A stretch of 64,000 bases of DNA. Source: Somniosus microcephalus. Its lineage: Eukaryota. The notes under the pieces are model-generated. The model saw nothing but the letters and a program-made list of their open reading frames with translations, did no database searches and had not been told where the DNA came from. The stretch spans positions 8,680,001 to 8,744,000 of the forward strand of contig CM126206.1 in NCBI GenBank assembly GCA_052327205.1. Direction: 5' to 3'. A program made the translations under genes and the position numbers. Below, one piece after another: positions 38,710 through 53,910 of the stretch; within the stretch, counting starts at the first letter, position 1, and the number at the start of each line of letters is the position of its first letter.

Positions 38710-41049
38710 GGTATTATGTAACGAGAGGATTAATTAGCAATCTTGTTGTACGAGGCCCCTTGGGTCGGAGCGATCATAATATGATCGAATTCTTCATTAA
38801 GATGGAGAATGAAGTAGTTGACTCGGAGACTAGGGTCCTAAATTTAAATAAAGGAAACTACGATGGTCTGAGGAGCGAGTTGGGTAGGATTGATTGGGGA
38901 ATGGCACTCAAAGGGTTGACAGTGGATAGGCAATGGCAAACATTCAAAGACCGAATGGATGAACTACAGAATTTGTTCATCCCAGTTTGGCATAAAAATA
39001 AAACAAAAAAGGTGACTCAACCGTGGCTAACAAGGGAAATTAGGGATAGCATAAGATCCAAGGAGAGGACATATAAATTGGCCAGAAAAAGCAATAATCC
39101 TGAGGATTCGGAACAGTTTAGGATTCAACAAAGGAGGACAAAGGGATTAATTAAGATGGGGAAAATAGAATATGAGAGTAAGCTTGCAGGGAACATAAAA
39201 ACTGACTGTAAAAGCTTTTATAGATACAGTATGTGAAGAGAAAAAGATTGGTGAAGTCAAGCGTAGGTCACTTGCAGTCAGAATCAGGGGAATTTATAAT
39301 GGGGAACAAAGAAATGGCAGACCAACTAAATACATATTTTGGTTCTGTCTTCACAAAGGAGGACACAAATAACCTCCCAGAGATGTCGGGGAACATAGGG
39401 TCTGATGAAAGGGTGGAACTGAAAGAAATCAGTATTTGTAGAGAAATGGTGTTCGGAAAATTGATGGGACTGAAGGCCGATAAATCCCCTGGGCCTACAT
39501 CCTAGGGTACTTAAGGAAGTGACCCTAGAAATAGTAGATGCATTGCTGGTCATCTTCCAGAACTCGATAGACTCTGGAACAGTACCCATGGATTGGAGGG
39601 TAGCTAATGTTCAAAACTATTCAAAAAAGGTGGTAGAGAAAAAGCGGGGAGTTATAGACCGGTAAGCCTGACATCGGTAGTGGGGAAAATGCTAGAGTCC
39701 ATTTTAAAAGATGTAATAGCAGGGCACTTGGAAAGCAGTGACAGGATTGGACAAAGTCAACCTGGATTTACAAAAGGTAAATCGTGCTTGACTAATCTAC
39801 TGGAAGTTTTTGAGGATGTAACTGGTAAGATAGATAAGGGAGAGCTGGTGGATGTGGCGTATTTGGACTTTCAGAAGGCTTTCGATAAGGTCCCGCATAA
39901 GAGATTAGCGTGCAAAATTAAGGCACATGGGATTGGGGGCAAGGTATTGACTTGGATAGAGAACTGGTTGGCGGATGGAAAGCAAAGAGTTGGAATAAAC
40001 GGGTCGTTTTCCGAGTAGCAGGCAGTGACTAGTGGGGTACCGCAAGGATCGGTCCTAGGACCCCAGCTGTTCACAATATATATTAATGATCTGGACGAGG
40101 GAATTGGATGTAATATCTCCAAATTTGCAGACGACACAAAGCTGGGTGGGAGGGTATGCTGTGAGGAGGATGTCGTGAAACTCCAGTACGATTTGGACAG
40201 GTTGGGTGATTGGGCAGAAACATGGCAAATGCACTCTAATGTGGATAAATGTGAGGTTATCCACTTTGGTGGCAAAAACAGGAAGGCAGACTATTATTTG
40301 AATGGCAATAGATTGGGAGAAGGGGAAGTGCAGAGAGACCTGGGTGTTCTTGTGCACCAGTCGCTGAAGGTAAGCATGCAGGTGCAGCAGGTGGTTAAGA
40401 AGGCAAATGGTATGTTGGCCTTCGTAGCGAGAGGGTTCGAGTACAGGAACAAGGATGTCTTGCTGCAGTTGTACAGGGCCTTGGTGAGACCGCACCTTGA
40501 GTATTGTGTGCAGTTTTGGTCACCTTATCTGAGGAAGGACGTTCTTGCCATGGAGGGAGTGCAGCGAAGATTTACCAGGCTGATACCTGGGATGGCAGGA
40601 ATGACGTATGAGGAGAGATTGTGTCGATTGGGCTTATACTCACTGGAGTTTAGAAGATTGAGAGGGGATCTCATCGAAACCTATAAAATTCTGTCAGGCC
40701 TGGACAGACTAGATGCAGGAAGGATGTTTCCGATGGCTGGGGAGTCCAGAACCAGGGGTCATAGTCTAAGGATAAAGGGTAAGCTATTTAGGACTGAAAT
40801 GAGGAGGAATTTCTTCACCCAGAGAGTGGTGAACCTGTGGAATTCTCTGCCACAGAGGGCAGTGGAGGCCAGTTCATTAAATATATTCAAGAAGGAGTTG
40901 GATATATTTCTTGAGGCTAAAGGGATATGGGGAGAAAGCAGGGACCGGGTACTGAATTTGGATGATCAGCCATGATCACATTGAATGGCGGAACAGGCTC
41001 AAGGGGCCGAATGGCCGACTCCTGCTCCTATCTTCTACGTTTCTATGTT

Positions 41050-41245
41050 TCTCTCCTCTGCCGCGCTCTTTATCTCGCTCTCGCTCCCAGCTCAGGTCCG
41101 CAGCCTCTGCTCTCGCCTGTCCTCTGCCGCGCTCTTTATCTCGCTCTCGCTCTCGCTCCCAGCTCAGGTCCGCAGCCTCTGCTCTCGCCTGTCCTATGCC
41201 GCGCTCTTTATCTCACTCTCGCTCCCAGCTTAGGTCCGCAGCCTC
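41050..41245. repeat. Right part of the 32080-32740 tandem repeat
   Basis: Same gctcccagctcaggtccgcagcct unit. Confidence 0.85.
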
Positions 41246-41628
41246 GACTCGGGTGGGGGCGAGGGGACTCGGGCGGCAGTCTTGCAGTGGTCTTTGATGA
41301 AGAGGGTGTGGGGCCTAAAGCTGAGACCCGAGTTGAACAGGACGCCAAGGTTGGGAATGCCCTGGCTGAGCCTGAGACAGTGGGCAGGGAGTGCAAGGAA
41401 TCAATGGCTTCTGGAGTCCACATGTTGAACTGTTTGATGGGTCAGTGCAGAGGGAGCTTTACTCTGTATCTAACCCGTGCTGTACCTGCCCTGGGAATAT
41501 CTCAGTGGGGGCTGAATGGAGTCTGGCGAATCCCTGTCTCTAACATTGCTCACATTGTTTAAACGTTTGAGTCCAATCACTTGTAAATCTCTGTTAATGA
41601 CGAGCAATTTTTTTTTCATTTCTTGCAG

Positions 41629-41699
41629 TTCAGCAGTTACTGATGAATGGAATAACCCCGGACTTGTATAATGAGGATGGTTTGACTGCACTGCATCAG
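41629..41699 (+). CDS. PPP1R16A: PPP1R16A coding exon 2
   Basis: tttcatttcttgcag acceptor; (V)QQLLMNGITPDLYNEDGLTALHQ; donor CAG|GTGAGT; phase 1 to 0. Confidence 0.93.
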
Positions 41700-42050
41700 G
41701 TGAGTGTGCGACTTTGGCTGGCATGTACAGGCGGGGAGTGTAAAGCTGAGATCGCCACTGTCATGTTGGTGTGCGATTAGTCCTCGAGTGTACTGCTGCT
41801 GGAGATACTGCGTCGTTCGAGAGCCCTCCATCCTGTGACATTGTGGAGCTTTTCATTAGGACAGTGACTACTAGAACGAGAATTAAATTCACAATTCAAT
41901 CATCTTGAGTGGCATCAATACCAGGGAACAAGTGGGGGCTTCTGGCCTATACAATCTTGCAGCACAGAGCTCTCCAATTACTCCCACTCCCCCTGCTCTT
42001 TCCCCATAGACCTGCAAATGTTTCCTTTTTAGGTGTATATGCAGGGCTAG

Positions 42051-42476
<426 letters not shown>

Positions 42477-42589
42477 TGAAGGTGCTGTTGCGGTCCCGTG
42501 GGCTTCGCCCGCCCTACAGTGCCTCGACTGAGTGGCCATTGCCAGACATCACGTGCCAGCAGGGAGCTATTTCACCATGACATACAACA

Positions 42590-43192
42590 TAGACATAGAA
42601 AACACAGGAGACAGGAGCAGGAGTCAGCCATTCGGCCCCTCGAGCCTGCTCCGCCATTCAATGAGATCATGGCTGATCATCCAAATTCAGTACCCGGTCC
42701 CTGCCTTCTCTCCGTATCCCTTGATCCCTTTAGCCTTAAGAAATATATCCAACTCCTTCTTGAATATATTTAATGAATTGGCCTCTACTGCCTTCTGTGG
42801 TAGAGAATTCCACAGGTTCACCACTCTCTGGGTGAAGAAATTCCTCCTCATTTCTGTCCTAAATGGCTTACCCCTTCTCCTTAGACTGTGACCCCTGGTT
42901 CTGGACTCCCCGACCATCGGGAACATCCTTCCTGCATCTAGTCTGTCCAGCCCTGTCAGAATTTTATAAGTTTCAATGAGATCCCCTCTCATTCTTCTAA
43001 ACTCCAGCGAGTACAAGCCCAATCGACCCAATCTCTCCTCATACGTCATTCCTGCCATCCCAGGTATCAGTCTGGTGAATCTTCGCTGAACTCCTTCCAT
43101 GGCAAGAACATCCTTCCTCAGATAAGGCGACCAAAACTGCACACAATACTCAAGGTGCGGTCTCACCAAGGCCCTGTACAACTGCAGCAAGA
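42590..43192 (-). mobile_element. CR1 3' fragment
   Basis: LQLYRALVRPHLEYCVQFWSP...GYGEKAGTGY plus tail. Confidence 0.92.
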
Positions 43193-43384
43193 AATCCTTG
43201 TCTGATGTCTCTACACTTTGCAGTAGGTGTCACTGGATAGTGATAGAAACACTCATTTCCCCCCCCCCCCCCCCGGGCCTCCCTCCGCCCAGGGGCACTG
43301 AGGACTGAATGTACAACCTCCAGTATGTTGTTTGTTTCATAGTGCGCTGTGCAATCTGGGAGACCTTTTGAAGGAGGTTGATTG

Positions 43385-43720
43385 CTGCATTGGCTGCCCA
43401 ACTCGCCACGGCTTCCTCAGCACCATCTCCCAAACCCGCGACCTCTTCCACCTGGCAGGACAAGGGCAGCAGGCGCATGGGAACGCCACCACCTCCAAGT
43501 TCCCCTCCGAGTCACACACCATCCTGACTTGGACATATATCGACCGTTCCTTCATTGTCACTGGGTCAAAATCCTGGAACTCCCTCCCTAACAGCACTGT
43601 GGGAGTACCTTCACCACACGGACTGCAGCAGTTCAAGGAGAAGACCCACCACCTCAGCAACTAGGGATGGGCAATAAATGCTAGCCTTGCCAGTGACGCC
43701 CACATTTCAGGAATGAATTT
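43385..43720 (+). mobile_element. LINE 3' fragment
   Basis: Matches about 49850-50190, including the gccagtgacgcccacat tail. Confidence 0.8.
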
Positions 43721-43782
43721 AAAAAGAACTGTACGGTGAAGGTTGTGTTTGGGCTACATGGTAGGTGGGTTTCCCTGTGTGA

Positions 43783-43956
<174 letters not shown>

Positions 43957-44052
43957 TAGCTGGCTCGTGCTGGGGTAGGGTCGCACAGTGCCAGCAACTC
44001 TCCAGTGCCTCACCTGAGTGACGTTCGTGGATGAATCTATCACTAAGTCTCA

Positions 44053-44955
44053 CCCTGGTTCAGTGGGCAGCGCTCTTGCCTCTGACTCAGAAGATCATAG
44101 AAACATAGAAGATAGGAGCAGGAGTAGGCCACTCGGCCCCTCGAGCCTGCTCCGCCATTCAATGAGATCATGGCTGATCATCCAAATTCAGTACCCGGTC
44201 CCTGCTTTCTCCCCATACCCCTTGATCCCTTTAGCCTTAAGAAATATATCCAACTCCTTCTTGAATATATTTAATGAATTGGCCTCCACCGCCCTCTGTG
44301 GCAGAGAATTCCATAGGTTCACCACTCTCTGGGTGAAGAAATTCCTCCTCATCTCAGTCCTAAATGGCTTACCCCTTATCCTTAGACTGTGACCCCTGGT
44401 TCTGGACTCCCCGGCCATCGGGAACATCCTTCCTGCATCTAGTCTGTCCAGGCATGACAGAATTTTATAGGTTTCGATGAGATCCCCTCTCATTCTTCTA
44501 AACTCCAGTGAGTATAAGCCCAATCGACCCAATCTCTCCTCATACGTCATTCCTGCCATCCCAGGTATCAGCCTGGTGAATCTTCGCTGCACTCCTTCCA
44601 TGGCAAGAACGTCCTTCCTCAGATAAGGCGACCAAAACTGCACACAATACTCAAGATGTGGTCTCACCAAGGCCCTGTACAACTGCAGCAAGACATCCTT
44701 GTTCCTGTACTCGAACCCTCTTGGGTTCAAGCCCCTCCAGAGACTTGAGCACATAAACTTGGTTGCGGGAGTGCTGCACGGTTGGCGGTGCCGTCTTTTA
44801 GGTGAGACGATAAACCGAGGCGGTGTCTGGCCTCGCGGGTGGACATAAAAGATACCCTGGCACTATTCGAAGAAGAGCAGGGGCGCTATCCCCGGAGTCC
44901 AGGGCCAATATTATCCCTCAACCAACATCACGAAAACAGGCCATTATCACATTGC
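44053..44955 (+). mobile_element. DeuSINE split by an antisense CR1 3' fragment (about 44095-44722)
   Basis: SINE head ...gactcagaag resumes as tgggttcaagcc at about 44722; CR1 ORF 44188-44754 on the minus strand. Confidence 0.82.
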
Positions 44956-45064
44956 CAGCCAGCTGAGATCAACTAACTCGGCATGGACTGGGTACTGAAC
45001 CCGGGGTAACTCTGCACAGAGCGGCTACTGAACCCGGGGTAACTGCACAGTTCAATCATCTCAA

Positions 45065-45957
45065 TCCCAGGGGTTCCTCGGGGTAGCTTCCCTCCATCAT
45101 AAGGTGAGAAGTGGGGATGTTCGCTGATGATTGCAGTGTTCAGGTCCATTCGCAACTCCTCAGATAATGAAGCAGTCCGTGCCCACGGGCAGCAAGACCT
45201 GGACAATGTTCAGGCTTGGACTGATAAGTGGCAAGTAATATTCACGCCACACAATGATTATCTCCAATAAGAGCGATTCTAACCACCTCCCCTTGACATT
45301 CAATGGGACTACCGCCATCTAATCCCCCACCATCAACAACTTGGGGGTCACCATTGACAAGAAACTCATCTGGACCAGCCACATAAATGCCGTGGCTACA
45401 AGAGCAGGTCAGTGGATGGGTATTCTGTGTCTAGTGACTCGCCTCCTAACTCCCCAAATCCTCTCCACCACCTACAGGGCAAGAGTGTGATGGAATACTC
45501 TCCACTTGCCTGGATGAGTGCAGCTCCAACAACACTCAAGAAGCTCGACCTCATCCAGGACAAAGCAGCCCGCTTGATTGGCACCCCATCCACCACCTTA
45601 AACATTCACTCCCTCCACCACCGGCGTACCGTGGCTGCAGTGTGTACCATCTACAAAATGCACTGCAGCAACTCGCCAAGGCTTCTTCGGCAGCACCTCC
45701 CAAACCCGCGACCTCTTCCACCTACAGGGCAGCGGGTTCAACAGAACACTATCACCTCAAGTCACATACCATCCTGACTTGGAAATATGTCGCAGGGTCA
45801 AAATCCTGGAACTAACAGCACTGTGGGAGTACCTTCACCACACGGACTGCAGTGGTTCAAGAAGGCGGCCCACCACCACCACCTCGAGGGCATTTAGGGA
45901 TGGGCAATAAATGCTGGCCTTGCCAGTGACGCCCAGATCCCGCAAATGAATAAAATA
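45065..45957 (+). mobile_element. LINE RT and 3' fragment
   Basis: MFADDC motif, SVMEYSPLAWMSAAP and the shared tail. Confidence 0.82.
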
Positions 45958-46192
45958 TAGAGAGTACTGAACCTTGGATAAATTAGCACAGAATCTGTGA
46001 CAGCTCATCATGCCCAGGAGGTCAAAGCTGGGTCTCTCTGAGAATTATGGCTCGGTTTCGCGTGGACTTGAACCAGATGGCCCATCATACTATAATGACG
46101 ATCAGCCAGGTTTAACTCTTCCCCTCTAGTGTTTTGCTCATCGTGGGACCTGTAATTTTGTAAACTGACTTAAATATTTTAACTCCTTTCAG

Positions 46193-46317
46193 GTATCACT
46201 CAGGAAAAGATTGACGAGTCTCGAGTGGCCACAGAGAAGTGGATGATTGAAGACATCAGAAGGCTGGTGGAGACGGACGCGGACCTGAATAACCAGAATG
46301 ACCTAGGCACTAGTCTG
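46193..46317 (+). CDS. PPP1R16A: PPP1R16A coding exon 5
   Basis: ctcctttcag acceptor; (G)ITQEKIDESRVATEKWMIEDIRRLVETDADLNNQNDLGTSL; donor CTG|GTATGA; phase 1 to 0. Confidence 0.92.
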
Positions 46318-46939
46318 GTATGACCCTGCTCTTTCTGCTGTCACGATGGAATGCGCGCATAAACATTCCTGAGGTTTCTGCCACCGTCTGCGCCCATGTC
46401 TCTATATTGTTGTTTGTGGGAGCTTGCTGTGCGCAAATTGGCTGCCGCGTTTCCTGCATTACAACAGTGACTACACTTGGAAAAATTATTTCACTGGCTG
46501 TAAAGTGCTTTTTGGACATCTGGTGGTTGTGAAAGACGCTATAGAAATGCAAGTCTTTTAAAGGTGCTGGTTCCTTCCAGGGTTCAGTTCAAGCATCAGC
46601 AGCTCTCCAGTAACTAGGCAACACGGCCATTCATTCTTCAGTGTCATTAGCAGCGCCAGCATTTATTGCCCATCCCTAGTTGATCGTCAGAAGTTCGTGG
46701 TGGACCTTCTTGAACTGCTGCAGTCTGCATTTGTTACAATGGAGTCGCGGGTTATGGGGTGCGGGCGGGAAAGTGACGTTGAGGCCAAAATCGGATCAGC
46801 CATAATCTTATTAAGTGGCGGAGCAGGCTCAAGGGGCCGAATGGCCTACTCCTGTTCCTATTTCTTATGTTCTTATGTATGATGAAGGTGTTCCCACAGT
46901 GCTGCTGGGTAGGGAGCTATTCATCTTTGCAGTGGTTTT

Positions 46940-47190
46940 GATACAACGGAGTGGCTTGCTGGGCCACGTCAGAAGGCAGTTAAGAGTCAACCACATTGCT
47001 GTGGGTCTGGAGTCACATATCGGCCAGACCGGGTAAGGACAGCAGATTTCCTTCCCTAAAGGACATTAGTGAACCGGATGGGTTTTTACAACAATCCGAC
47101 AACTTCATGCGCGCTTTTACTGATGCTGGCTTTTTATTCCAGGTTTATTTATCGAAACTTAATTCAAGTTCTGAAACTGCCATGGTGGAA
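46940..47190 (-). mobile_element. SINE fragment (same family as 9405-9630)
   Basis: Reverse complement of ggttcactaatgtcctttagggaagga...gtgactccagacccacagcaatgtggttgactcttaact. Confidence 0.65.
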
Positions 47191-47209
47191 TCCAGAGAGC
47201 TAGTCCAGA

Positions 47210-50190
47210 AATGGCCGCGCAAGCCACTCAGTTGTAACAAACCGCTATGAAACACAATAAGAATGAAACCGGACGGACCACCCGGCATTGACCTCGGCAC
47301 CGGCTACGGGCACAACAACGGCACACCCAGCCCAGTCAACCATGCAAAGTCCTCCTCACCAACATCTGGGGACTTGTGCCAAAATTGGGAGAGCTGTCCC
47401 ACAGACTAGTCAAGCAGCAGCCCGACAGTCATACTCACAGAATCATATCTTTCAGCCAATGTCCCAAACTCCTCCATCACCATCCCTGGGTATGTCCTGT
47501 CTCACCAGCAGGACAGACCCACCAGGGGTGGCAGCACAGTGGTATACAGTCGGGAAGGAGCGGCCCTGGGAGTCCTCAACATTGACTCTGGACCCCATGA
47601 AGTCTCATGGCTTCAGGTCAAGCATGGGCAAGGAAACCTCCTGCTGATTACCACCTACCGCCCTCCCTCAGCTGATGAATCAGTACTCCTCCATGTTGAA
47701 CACCACTTGGAAGAAACACTGAGAGTAGCAAGGGCACAGAATGTACTCTGGGTGGGGGACTTCAATACTCATCACCAAGAGTGGCTCAGTAGCACCACTA
47801 CTGACCGAGCTGGCTAAGTCCTGAAGGACATAACTGCCAGTCTGGGCCTGGGACAGATGGTGAGAGAACCAACACGAGGGAATAACCTACTTGACCTCGT
47901 CCTCACCAATCTACCTGTCACAGATGCATCTGTCCATGACAGTATTGGCAGCAGTGACCACCACACAGTCATTGTGGAGATGAAGTCCCGTCTTCACACT
48001 GAGGACACTCTCCATTGTGTTGTGTGGCACTACCACCGTGCAAAATGGGATAGATTCAGAACAGATCTAGCAGCTCAAAACTGGGCATCCATGAGGCACT
48101 GTGGGCCATCAGCAGCAGCAGAATTGTATTCCACCACAATCTGTAACCTCATGGCCCAGCATATCCCTCACTCTACCATTACCATCAAGCCAGGGGACCA
48201 ACCCTGGTTCAATAAGGCGTGTAGAAGAGCATGCCAGGAGTAGCACCAGGCGTACCTAAAAATGAGGTGCCAACCTGGGGAAGCTGCAACACAGGACCAC
48301 ATGCATGCTAAACAGTGGAAGCAGCATGTTATAGACAGGGCAAGCGATTCCACAATCAACGGATCAGATCAAAGCTCTGCAGTCCTGCCACATCCAGTCG
48401 TGAATGGTGGTGGACCATTAAACAACTAACAGGAGGAGGAGGTTCCATGAATATCCCCATCCTCAATGATGGTGGAGCCCAGCAAGTGAGTGCAAAAGAC
48501 AAGGCTGAAACGTTTGCAAACATCTTCAGCCAGAAGTGTCGAGTGGATGATCCATATCGGCCGCCTCCTGAGGTCCCCACTATCACAGAAGCCAGTCTTC
48601 AGCCAATTCGATTCACTCCACATGATATCAAGAAACGGCTGAGCGCACTGGATACAGTAAAGGCTATGGGCCCCAACAACATCCCGGCTGTCGTGCTGAA
48701 GACTTGTGCTCCAGAACTAGCCACGCCTCTAGCCAAGCTGTTCCAGTACAGCTACAACACTGGCATCTATCCGACAATGTGGAAAACTGCCCAGGTATGT
48801 CCTGTCCACAAAAAGCAGGACAAATCCAACCCGGCCAATTACCGCCCCAACAGTCTACTCTCAATCATCAGCAAAGTGATTGAAGGTGTCATTGACAGTG
48901 CTATCAAGCGGCACTTACTCACCAATAACCTGCTCACTGATGCCCAGTTTGGGTTCCACCAAGACCACTCGGCTCCAGACCTCATTACAGCCTTGGTCCA
49001 AACATGGACAAAGGAGCTGAATTCCAGAGGTGAGGTGAGAGTGACTGCCCTTAACATCGAGGCAGCATTTGACTGAAAACTGAAGTCAGTGGGAATTGGG
49101 GGGAAAACTCTCCACTGGCTGGAGTCATACCTAGCACAAAGGAAGATGGTTGTGGTGGTTGGAGGTCAATCATCACAGCCCCAGGACATTGCTGCAGGAG
49201 TTCCTCAGGGCAGTGTCCTAGGCCCAACCATCTTCAGCTGCTTCATCAATGACCTTCCCTTCAACATAAGGTCAGAAATTGGGATGTTTGCTGATGACTG
49301 CACAGTGTTCAGCGCCATTCACAACTCCTCAGATAATGAAGCAGTCCATGCCCGCATGCAACAAGACCTGGACGACATTCAGGCTTGGGCTGATAAGTGG
49401 CAGGTATCATTCGCACCACAGAAGTGCCAGGCAATGACTATCTCCAACAAGCGAGTGTCTAACCACCTACCCTTGACATTCAATGGCATTACCATCGCCA
49501 AATCCCCCACCATCGACATCCTGGGGGTCACCATTGACCAGAAACTTAACTGGACCAGCCACATAAATACTGTGGCAACAAGAGCAGGCCAGAGGCTGGG
49601 TATTCTGTGGCGAGTGTCTCACCTCCTGACTCCCCAAAGCTTTTCCACCATCTACAAGGCACAAGTAAGGAGTGTGATGGAATACTCTCCACTTGCCTGG
49701 ATGAGTGCAGCTCCAACAACACTCGGGAAGCTCGACACCATCCAGGACAAAGCAGCCCATTTGATTGGCACCCCATCCACCACCTTAAACATTCACTCCC
49801 TCCACCACCGGCGCACTGTGGCTGCAGTGTGTACCATCTACAAGATGCACTGCAGCAACTCGCCAAGGCTTCTTCGACAGCACCTCCCAAACCTGCGACC
49901 TCTACCACCTAGAAGGACAAGGGCAGCAGGTGCATGGGAACACCACCACCTCCAAGTTCCCCTCCAAGTCACACACCATCCTGACTTGGGACATATATCA
50001 CCGATCCTTCATCGTCGCTGGGTCAAAATCCTGGAACTCCCTCCCTAACAGCACTGTGGGAGTACCTTCACCACACGGACTGCAGCATTCAAGAAGGCGG
50101 CCCACCACCACCTCAAGGGTAATTAGGGATGGGCAATAAATGCTGGTGTTGCCAGCGACGCCCACATCCCATAAACGATTAAAAAAAACA
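47210..50190 (+). mobile_element. Near-complete APE-RT ORF of a CR1/L2-group non-LTR element, degenerate
   Basis: APE YRPP...GDFN...LDLVLTN...SDH; RT NYRP, QFGF, GVPQGSVLGP, FADD; stops and frameshifts; A-rich end at about 50185. Confidence 0.88.
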
Positions 50191-50894
50191 TAACCACTAT
50201 CCTGCAATACCCACTGTGTGTGTGTAAGCCTAGGCAGGCTGCTTCACAGCCAAACTCTATCAAGCCCGTGTCCAACGTACGTACAGACGCACGTTCCAGC
50301 AGCAGTTGCTGGGTAGAGATCAAGAGCTGTACCCTGGAGGATTTTCCCTTTCCCCCCCCCCCCCCCTCCCAGCCCACAGGTGCTGAGGCTGGGTCGAGGC
50401 GTCTGAACTGCTGCCCCATCGGAGATCAGCAAACTCAGCACAGACTAAAAATCAGACCTGCAACCTTCAGGCAAGGACATGGTCCATGGAAACGTTTTTT
50501 TAATTTCATAAGTGTGGAAAGGGAATTTTGATAATTGCTGTTGTTATCTGTCCAGTCAAAACTGACAACGCCACTTTGCATTCATAGCGTAGAAAAATAT
50601 CCCACGGCATTTCACGGAGTGGGGTGAGAAAAGAAAATGGCAGGCTAAAGGAGGGGTTAGGAGGGGGCGATCAATAGCTTGGTCGAAGGGGTGGGTTTTT
50701 AAGGAGGGTCTTAACCACAACGAGAAAAACTTTAATTTATAAAACGTCCCACAGGAGCTTAATCAAACAAAGATTGGACCCCGAGTCACATAAGGGATGT
50801 TAGGACTGGTGAGCAAAGGATTGGTCAAAGAGTGATTTAGTTGTAAAGGTATAGGGAAGGAAATCCGGAGTGTGGGGCCTAGGCAGCTAGAGGA

Positions 50895-51170
50895 ATGCAA
50901 GAACATCAGAAATAGGAGCAGGAGTCGGCCATTCAGCCCCTCGAGCCTGCTCCGCCAGTCAATGAGATCATGGCTGAACTTCAACCTCAACTCCTCTTTC
51001 CTGCATTATCCTCATATCTCTTGATTACCTTAATATCCAAAAATCTATCGATATCAGTCTTGAATATACTCAGCGACTGAGCCTCCACAGCCCTCTGGGT
51101 TGGAGAATTCCAAAGATTCACCACCCCCAGTGAAGAAATTTCTCCTCATCTCAGTCCTAAATGGCCCACC
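50895..51170 (-). mobile_element. CR1 3' tail fragment
   Basis: Matches 4855-5130. Confidence 0.8.
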
Positions 51171-51934
51171 CTGCTTAATATGCATTCTGAAGTTTCTGGA
51201 ACACAAATCAACGCACTGTCATTTTTCTCTCTCTCGGTGCGCACAAAAACAACCTTTGTTCCCCCCCGCCCCCCGGTACCTGAATAAAGCTTTGGAAGAT
51301 TGCCCTCCAGCTATTCTTCACACGATCTTGGGAAACAATTGAGCACCAACTGCTAGAAGCTGAGGAATGGTATCCCATCAGTACAGCTGACTGGCACTCG
51401 TGTTCCCTGGGAAATGAGGCACACTGCACATGATCAGACCGCACAATCCAAATTCAACTCATCGGGTCACATCTCGGAACAAAATTCACCCTCCCAGCCC
51501 CGGGCTTTGGAGAGAGGCAGAGGCTGCCAAGAAAAAACTTTAATGAAGCATTTACAAAACCCAAAACCCAGTGCAGCAGATCAGTGTAATCATGTTGTGA
51601 AATATATGATCATTTCAATTGTTTTTTACTTTGTATAAAATCTTACTTTTGGACATTAGAAATTTCAGCTGATGAGTGGGGGTCGGGGTGGGGTCAAAAT
51701 GGAATCTAAAGTTTTCCGATGAAATGTTTTCAGCAAGTATTTTGAGTAAATGATGGAGAAAAGTCACCCAGTGAGCAGAGTGTTCAATTACTGGGATTTA
51801 CAGAGGACGGTTAGCATTTGAATTGTGGACGTAAGAATTTATAATGTTCAAGATTGACGTGTAACAAAAAGAACAGAAATGAAGGTTTGATAGAAGGAAA
51901 TGTGCTGAGATATAATATTTTTAATGAGATATAG

Positions 51935-53100
<1,166 letters not shown>

Positions 53101-53483
53101 GGTTGAGTGAGGGTACTGCATCGTTTCAGGTATTTCTTGGTAGCAGTGTGGGTGCTGGGGGATTTTTTCTGTGAGCCCTGGTGTTGGTGCCTGATGATCA
53201 ACTCAAATGTATCTGGGCCTGTGTTAAGTCTGTGACTGGTTCACTGGTGACCAGGTCTTGCTGTGATCCCGGGGTAACATGGGTCACATCTGTGAGACGT
53301 GTGTCCGTGTTGAGATTGACTCTGGCCACAGCCAGTTGCTGATGGTACACAATACTGGGAAACGCAGCACAATCCCTGAGGAACAGAATCCGTTGTGTGA
53401 CGGGAGTTAATTTCCTGGGTGGAGCAGTGTGGCCCGTGTTGTAAATATACAGTTTTAGTAATAAACGCCTCTGACTCTTGCAG

Positions 53484-53559
53484 GTTCATATGGTGGAACT
53501 TCTGGTGTGCCACGGAGCCAGTCTGAATGCCAGATCCTTCCTGGACGAGACTCCAATAG
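53484..53559 (+). CDS. PPP1R16A: PPP1R16A coding exon 7
   Basis: ctgactcttgcag acceptor; VHMVELLVCHGASLNARSFLDETPI; donor G|GTATGA; phase 0 to 1. Confidence 0.92.
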
Positions 53560-53910
53560 GTATGAGGCACTTTTGAGACACTGTCACATTATATTTACAC
53601 CTGGCAGCATGTCATATACAACAGGATCTCAGTTCAGCGCCCCAGGCAGAATCTATTGGAATTTAACCCAGTATTCTGTTCTGTGTCAATACCACCTCAC
53701 TCTACTTGGCTGATCGCAGCTCACTACAGTATGTCTAACGCTCCTAGGTCCCTCGAACCTCCTTTCTCCCCCACTCCACCCACAGAGTACACGTACATCC
53801 TATCCTGACTTCCAGTGTGCTGTACCTGGCATCTGTCTGCATTGAACTTCATTTGCTACCGATCAGCCCAGGTGCAAACCCCATCAATGCTCGTGGCATA
53901 AGATTTTGGC

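Larger units (their letters stand above)
33041..41052 (+). mobile_element. CR1 ORF2 (APE and RT) split by a Gypsy insertion; CR1 parts 33041-33687 and 38715-41052
   Basis: CLNARSIRNK...ITETWL...GDFN...ILNWVL, then after the Gypsy CNER...SDHNMIEF; RT FQKAFDKVPH, FADDTKL; ttctatgtttct tail. Confidence 0.92.

Noticed and set aside
39402-39426. CTGATGA...GAAA hammerhead-like motif
   Set aside because: Lies within CR1 coding sequence with no supporting stems.
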